Shown here: in pieces, positions 61,401 through 64,000 of the stretch | Numbering within the stretch: the stretch's first letter is position 1 | Layout: every line of letters starts with the position of its first letter | Virus record (IMG/VR): IMGVR_UViG_3300030107_001040 | Span: 37,656-101,655 of that record | Source: a virus | Strand: one strand, 5' to 3' | DNA: 64,000 nt | The notes under the pieces: model-generated | Databases searched by the model: none | Told to the model about the DNA's origin: nothing | The model's input: only the letters and a program-made list of their open reading frames with translations | Program-made: the position numbers and the translations under genes

Positions 61401-62710
61401 AGGATGTAACTGCAAATGATGCAATAATATATGTTGATTCTACTGATGCATATCCTGGATCTGGTTCAGTTATTCTTAACACAGAGACTATTACATATAC
61501 TTCTAAAGCCGCAGGTAAGTTTAGTGGTTTAACTAGAGGTGTTAACTTTAATTATGATCAACGTCTTATTCTTGACTCTGGACAGAATGATAGTCAAGGT
61601 AATTCAACGTATCAATTTAGTGTTGGTGACCAAGTTATTAGAAAGGTTGAAAACGCTAACAATAAAATTGCTAAAGTTTATGATTGGAACTCTGCTACTA
61701 GGGAACTATTAGTAACATTTGAAATTGATGAATTAGCATTCATTGATGGTGGTATACCTTCTACAGAAGATGCAATCGTTCAGTTTGATGCTGGTGTTGC
61801 TGCTGCTTCTGGTTCTGGAGTTTTACCACATACAGTTCTTACCACAACAGGAAGTACTATTACAGCATTAACAGAACCAATTACAACTATTGCAGACAGA
61901 TCATTCCAAGATATTTTACCAACTTCAGCAGGAGATGGTATTCCTGATCTTATTAACACAAGTACTGAATTTGAAAACCAAATTGCACTTGATGGTGGTA
62001 TATACGATTCCTTATATGGTATTGAAGAAACTCAGGGTGGTCAGAACACTACTTTATTCCAAGTTGGTGACAACATTAAGGATGGTAGTATTCCATTCAA
62101 GTATGCAACTGTAGGCACTGCAGGTGCTCTTGCAGACGGTGTAGAGCATACTGCACTGGTTAAGATGTATTTGGATGCAAATAATGCTAATGGACAGAAC
62201 TTCAGTGTTAACGAAATCGTAACTGGTTCTGTTTCTGGAGTTAGAGGAACAGTTGTTTCTTGGGATCCTACAGAAGTTAGTATTCAAATTAAAGACGTTA
62301 TTCCATATAATACAGGTGACGTTAATGTAGGTATCGCAGGATACCTTTATAAATTCTCAGAAAAAGGAACTATAGTTGATTATTATATACAGAATTCTGG
62401 AACGAACTATAGCTCTACTCCTTCCGTAACAATTGAGAATACGGGAGATATCCAAGCAACTGCGACAGCGGTCATGAGTACTCAAGGTGACCAAGTTGCT
62501 TCTATAACCATAACAAATGGTGGATATGGTATTGAACAGACTGTTGATAATTCTTATGCCTTACATCCAACAGTAACTATTGCTGCCCCAGGTAGCGGAG
62601 TAACTGCTAAAGCATATGCAATTCTAGGTGGTGAGAACCTCGTTGGTAACGGTGGTGCAACTTATAGAATTAAGAGAATTGAGTATCAAGCAACACTTCG
62701 TTCCAAATAG
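58409..62710 (+). CDS. Large virion structural protein with YHYH-like domain and GxGY repeats
   Basis: 'HSKILGMSYDGYPIYGPWGY', 'LDQYNG....TPEYPNGTYCYW' and repeated 'G.GY...P.V.I.GGGG.GA.A'. Confidence 0.72.
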   Translation: MARTVPGSGAVIEPIFDEVFGVRAVEVKNGGTGYSVSDPPRLTVNGCGTPDRAAVLYPIIDDDSGRITHVRVLDRGLGYDPLRLQITPLQETPNIVTSFDVKRVFQDHPNSPLTTTFQSSGTPPVLNDRLAIVADNHPKPTWTQAEAAPGGGPLVDRTFNQQFVYRGGKDVPNPGTRELQQDKVTGILANGGLLHTPEWGVDGNAPPGHQIDAVKNGNVKSKSAYDTVVESNVQYYHSSKTINEFATTNGVFEWGKLRHFTWKVKVETDNIMLQVTEVDETLGNVEVGRLVDEVGGNARGEVSKVVRDGSNNVTRVYLRDLTPDHAFANNDSCLGANGFTFKVSAVPTTFTNGAYYFEFGENASEFGPFIQNAYYFSPENIKVKANWLIKLDQSDSSNAGHQIQFSTTPDGPNNSTPGTIYYKSSGVSDAPAADYENELQPIFVMNSDETGSIYYYCKNHAYSAGFTGDAGYIKLDTAADTLPALTNTYYTTDFYATGPDYSRHVDGHSKILGMSYDGYPIYGPWGYDASGTVIRQKPDYRLRTTPELAGSRPIVTTASTVNYTVTIASGKYLFSGSTPSFLSFERGKTYVFNCNDSSCDSQQLLISTQEDGWHSGNPVVIGDTSVLYGDIGVTYQIDGSDVSYTAYLSGFNGATTRGVTFTIPPTAPTALYIFAYTTAGHGVRTVQDGYILGDLIGDWIDDESAAWASASTYAQYDTVTNASKIYEATAAISSGGSAPTHTSGTTSNWKYLADVGTLDQYNGKYAVTPEYPNGTYCYWMTEDSSGNPIYPYAIGPRFYGAPLFEGDTVPTLPAVFPTVAEGNVVLSADNPGQVSYIKMTRMGDNYFGPASARILGGQGTGALGSPTVQTITGLSLINAGREYATPPTLIFEGGGGQDAQGAAEIDTLGRITSITVSNTGEYYQEPPYVLITGGGGGGAKAIATVSQGSITGITVTEPGNGYTTEPKVILTKLVNLKRKTRARQAFNSGAIYLTGLVKDVTANDAIIYVDSTDAYPGSGSVILNTETITYTSKAAGKFSGLTRGVNFNYDQRLILDSGQNDSQGNSTYQFSVGDQVIRKVENANNKIAKVYDWNSATRELLVTFEIDELAFIDGGIPSTEDAIVQFDAGVAAASGSGVLPHTVLTTTGSTITALTEPITTIADRSFQDILPTSAGDGIPDLINTSTEFENQIALDGGIYDSLYGIEETQGGQNTTLFQVGDNIKDGSIPFKYATVGTAGALADGVEHTALVKMYLDANNANGQNFSVNEIVTGSVSGVRGTVVSWDPTEVSIQIKDVIPYNTGDVNVGIAGYLYKFSEKGTIVDYYIQNSGTNYSSTPSVTIENTGDIQATATAVMSTQGDQVASITITNGGYGIEQTVDNSYALHPTVTIAAPGSGVTAKAYAILGGENLVGNGGATYRIKRIEYQATLRSK

Positions 62711-62711
62711 G

Positions 62712-62719
62712 CATAAATA
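62712..62719 (+). promoter_or_regulatory. Late promoter variant (CATAAATA)
   Basis: Intergenic, upstream of gp8. Confidence 0.55.
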
Positions 62720-62745
62720 AACAAGAGGACAATAGTCACTAGGAA

Positions 62746-64000
62746 ATGGCAGCTCTATTAACTGATCAATTTAGAATTTTTTCAGCGCAAAAATTCATTA
62801 AGGCTCTTGAAGGTCCAGATGCGACTCAATCCGACACTGTTGCTGGTGCAACAAGGGATCGTCTGTATTTGTTCATTGGAAGACCGCAATCTTGGGATAA
62901 TGAAAACTCGCCGCCGCAAGCGGTAGATTCATTTGCCGAATTTTCGGGTTCTTATGATGACATGATATCTTTGAAGAGAGTCCTTGCTTCTGATACCGTT
63001 CAGGTGGTTCGTAGAATTGACTGGGTTTCCCCAGAACAAACTACTGGTGGATTAGGTTTTACCTATGACATGTATAGACATGACTATTCTCCAAGTAAGA
63101 CTGCTGCTTCTGGTGCTACTAAACTATATGACTCTGACTTTTACGTTGTAAATTCTCAGTATCAAGTTTATAAGTGCATCTATAACGGTACTTCTCCTAG
63201 CGATCCTAACGGAAAACCTTCTACGGTTGAACCTACTGGTACTTCTACCTCTATTGTTACTACTGGTGATGGTTATAGATGGAAGTATATGTACACTATC
63301 CCTGTTGCATCTGTTCTTAAGTTCTTCTCGAACGATTATATGCCTGTATTCACTAATGATGCAGTGAAGACAAATGCTGTTGAGGGTGAAGTTGATACTG
63401 TAGTTATTAATGCTGCAGGTACAGGTTACAATAACGGTACTTACGATAATGTTTCTATTAACGGTGACGGTACTGGCGGTAGGGTCTCTATTGTTGTCGA
63501 TGGAGGTAAAATTATTTCTGCTACTGTTACTAGTGGTGGTACTGGATATACCTTTGGTAAAATTTCTGTTGACAATATTACTGGTATTGGTACTGGTCAA
63601 GGTGGTCAAGTCGATGTAATCATCCCACCTCCAGGTGGTCATGGTAGCGACACTGTTATCGAACTTGGTGCATTCCGAGTTATGATTAACGCTAAACTCT
63701 CATATGATGAGGGTGCTGGTGACTTCCCAGTTGATAATGACTACCGTCGTATTGGATTAATATCCAATCCCCTTAAGTTTGGTACAACTGAGTTGATATC
63801 AGATCTTACAGTTTCTGCTACTAAAGCAGTTATATTCAATCCAACATTCCAAGGTAACTATGTCCCTGACGAAATTATCACTCAAACTAGAGTTGTTGGT
63901 GGTACAAACGTTACTGCACGTGGAAGGGTTATATCCTGGAATGCCACAACAAAAGTCTTGAAGTATTATCAAAATGAAATTGATGGTATCTTCCCAGAAG
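62746..64000 (+). CDS. gp8: Baseplate wedge subunit gp8 (3' truncated; not in track)
   Basis: MAALLTDQFRI...YLFIGRPQSW...VVRRIDW...YDMYRHDYS...FYVVNSQYQVYKCIYNG...DGYRWKYMYTIP; frame read as open to the window end. Confidence 0.9.
   Translation, partial: MAALLTDQFRIFSAQKFIKALEGPDATQSDTVAGATRDRLYLFIGRPQSWDNENSPPQAVDSFAEFSGSYDDMISLKRVLASDTVQVVRRIDWVSPEQTTGGLGFTYDMYRHDYSPSKTAASGATKLYDSDFYVVNSQYQVYKCIYNGTSPSDPNGKPSTVEPTGTSTSIVTTGDGYRWKYMYTIPVASVLKFFSNDYMPVFTNDAVKTNAVEGEVDTVVINAAGTGYNNGTYDNVSINGDGTGGRVSIVVDGGKIISATVTSGGTGYTFGKISVDNITGIGTGQGGQVDVIIPPPGGHGSDTVIELGAFRVMINAKLSYDEGAGDFPVDNDYRRIGLISNPLKFGTTELISDLTVSATKAVIFNPTFQGNYVPDEIITQTRVVGGTNVTARGRVISWNATTKVLKYYQNEIDGIFPE

Noticed and set aside
35280-63642. 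Many 60-210 aa minus-strand and alternate-frame ORFs inside structural genes
   Set aside because: Shadow ORFs arising from codon bias of the long + strand genes; low-complexity translations with no family motifs.

Overview
This window comes from a T4-like marine cyanomyovirus (Kyanoviridae-type). It is AT-rich and almost entirely + strand. It has four blocks. (1) 1-13.8 kb is a tail-fibre/adhesin locus with fibrinogen-like, Gly-rich, tail-collar and chaperone genes. It is interleaved with a NodU/CmcH-type carbamoyltransferase and seven 2OG-Fe(II) oxygenases, with an eighth at 14.9 kb. (2) 13.8-29.3 kb is an early/accessory region of many small ORFs, with three N4C/N6A methyltransferases, two PD-(D/E)XK-like nucleases and an SF2 helicase. 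It also carries a nine-fold repeated dyad promoter motif, terminator/promoter cassettes, at least two strongly structured ~150-nt RNA candidates and a cluster of cyanobacterial-type DnaA boxes. (3) 29.3-31.7 kb holds ferredoxin (petF), an AbrB-like gene and a SET-domain gene. (4) 31.7-64 kb is the baseplate operon: gp25, gp6, a giant 7661-aa gp7-like protein, a gp9/gp10-like protein, a 1433-aa structural protein and partial gp8. The most striking observation is inside the giant protein, where 15 copies of a ~100-aa domain are inserted into one another and parse like balanced brackets to depth 8, predicting a branched virion appendage. All product calls come from motifs recognised by eye; no searches or folding programs were run.
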